Of a DNA stretch of 64,000 nt, positions 62,952 to 64,000 are shown piece after piece. Each line of letters opens with the position of its first letter. Position 1 is the stretch's first letter. Source of the stretch: Alphaproteobacteria bacterium (GTDB lineage Bacteria; Pseudomonadota; Alphaproteobacteria; Bin95); contig JAJDYL010000064.1 in NCBI GenBank assembly GCA_022825195.1, positions 807 through 64,806 of the forward strand, written 5' to 3'. The notes beneath the pieces are model-generated. The model did no database searches. It was not told the origin of the DNA and was given only the letters and a program-made list of their open reading frames with translations. A program made the position numbers and the translations under genes.

Positions 62952-63944
62952 CTACCGGCCGGCGGCCGATTTGCGTTTCCACCACGCGAAACCGCGTTCC
63001 ACGGCTCCCCAGACCCCGAACGGCACGAAATACATCGCCAGGATCAGGAAGATGCCGAAGATCGCCCAGGGCGGCGGCACGAACGGATAGGCGCGGCTGA
63101 TGTCCTGGGCGAAATTGGGCACGAAGACCAGGAACAGCCCGCCGAAGATCACGCCCGGAATCGACACGATGCCGCCGACCACGGACCCGACCAGGAGGTT
63201 GACCGCGAGGAAGAAATTGAAGGCGTCGGGCGCGACGAACTCGGTCACGAAGACGCTGAGCGCGCCCGCGACGCCGGTGTACATGGCGCTGATGCCGAAG
63301 GTCGTCGTCTTGTAGAGCGCCGTGTTGATGCCCATGGTGCTGGCCGCGATCGGATTGTCGCGGATCGCCATGATCGCCCGGCCCGACCGGCTGTGCAGCA
63401 GGCACCAGGCGACGGCCATCAGGAACACCATGACCGCGAGCGTCACATAGTAGAGCGACTGGTCGGCGCTCAACCCCTCGATCAGCGGCTCGGGCTTGGG
63501 CACGAAGAGGCCCTGCACGCCGCCCGTCCAGTGCTCCAGGGCGTCGAACTTGAGCAATTGCGGCGTCGCCACGGCGAAGGCGAAGGTCGCGAGGGCCAGA
63601 TAGAGCCCCTCCAGGCGGAGCGCGGGCAGGCCGAACAGGAAGCCGACCGCGAACGCCGCCAGCGCCGCCACCGGCAGCGTGGCGTAGTGGTTCCACTCGA
63701 AATGGTAGAGCAGGATCGCCGCCGTGTAGGCGCCGACGGCGTAGAAGGCGCTGTGGCCGATGGAGAACTGGCCGTTGTAGCCGGTCAGGATGTTCAGCCC
63801 GAGCAGCGCAATGCCGTAGGCCATCGCCTGGGTGAACTGGAAGCTGGTGAAGTCCGACACCAGGTGCGGCACGACCGCCGCGAACAGGACGGCCGCGCCG
63901 AAGCCTGCCAGCAGTCGGGGCGTGACGGGGTTCGGGCGGTCCAC
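62952..63944 (-). CDS. Branched-chain amino acid ABC transporter permease (LivM-like)
   Basis: 330 aa polytopic; ..LGLNILTGYNGQFSIGHSAFYAVGAY.. Confidence 0.85.
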   Translation of the reverse strand: MDRPNPVTPRLLAGFGAAVLFAAVVPHLVSDFTSFQFTQAMAYGIALLGLNILTGYNGQFSIGHSAFYAVGAYTAAILLYHFEWNHYATLPVAALAAFAVGFLFGLPALRLEGLYLALATFAFAVATPQLLKFDALEHWTGGVQGLFVPKPEPLIEGLSADQSLYYVTLAVMVFLMAVAWCLLHSRSGRAIMAIRDNPIAASTMGINTALYKTTTFGISAMYTGVAGALSVFVTEFVAPDAFNFFLAVNLLVGSVVGGIVSIPGVIFGGLFLVFVPNFAQDISRAYPFVPPPWAIFGIFLILAMYFVPFGVWGAVERGFAWWKRKSAAGR

Positions 63945-63948
63945 GGCG

Positions 63949-64000
63949 ATCAGACCCTGCGCACCACGACGCGGCCGAACAGCCCCGCCGGCTTGAAGAC
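63949..64000 (-). CDS. Branched-chain amino acid ABC transporter permease (LivH-like), C-terminal fragment at window edge
   Basis: reverse translation ..VFKPAGLFGRVVVRRV* ends 5 nt before livM start. Confidence 0.45.

Overview
This window is GC-rich throughout, with codon third positions almost all G or C, and the gene content matches an alphaproteobacterial chromosome (Hyphomicrobiales/Rhizobiales-like: IalB, TAXI-TRAP, split F0 atpIBEF'F operon, a sigma32 + ROSE-like promoter on hsp20). The high GC produces many long antisense 'shadow' ORFs in the six-frame track, so I kept only frames with recognisable protein-family signatures.

Gene order runs: a partial MFS transporter, two tandem SDRs, hsp20 with a textbook sigma32 promoter, a TauD-family dioxygenase, glnS, a class-III aminotransferase, a DsbA-like isomerase and another SDR. 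Next come a TAXI-TRAP transporter (binding protein plus fused permease) and a LysR regulator, then TTC38-like TPR, acs, dcd and ialB on one strand. These are followed by an acyl-CoA dehydrogenase, yqeY-dnaG-rpoD, carA-carB-greA, and a thiolase-RidA-SDR operon. After that sit a truncated IS630-family transposase fragment, a rhodanese, yggT, a DUF4212/SSS symporter pair, a guaD + BMP-type ABC purine cluster, glnK-amtB, atpIBEF'F and a GMC oxidoreductase. A hypothetical + PIN (VapC) pair then precedes the ligase-associated DNA-damage-response cluster (pdeM-lhr divergent from exonuclease-ligase). The window ends with a Cys-rich hypothetical + class II aldolase, tandem tRNA-Cys/tRNA-Asn (tRNA-Cys is invisible to the ORF track), a 2OG-oxygenase/dehydrogenase/serine-hydrolase operon and a Liv-type ABC system.

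Most notable findings:
- The ATP-dependent ligase in the Lhr/PdeM/exonuclease cluster has its motif-I catalytic Lys and Asp replaced (QWPG instead of KxDG), while the three neighbouring genes keep their catalytic motifs.
- A PIN toxin is paired with an unusually large, unrecognised upstream partner, and the pair has its own AT-rich sigma70-like promoter.
- An IS630-family transposase N-terminal remnant overlaps the 3' end of the rhodanese gene.
- A canonical sigma32 promoter with a ROSE-like leader lies upstream of hsp20.
- A sigma54-like promoter and an 18-bp AT palindrome lie upstream of glnK-amtB.

No CRISPR array or intact prophage was seen.
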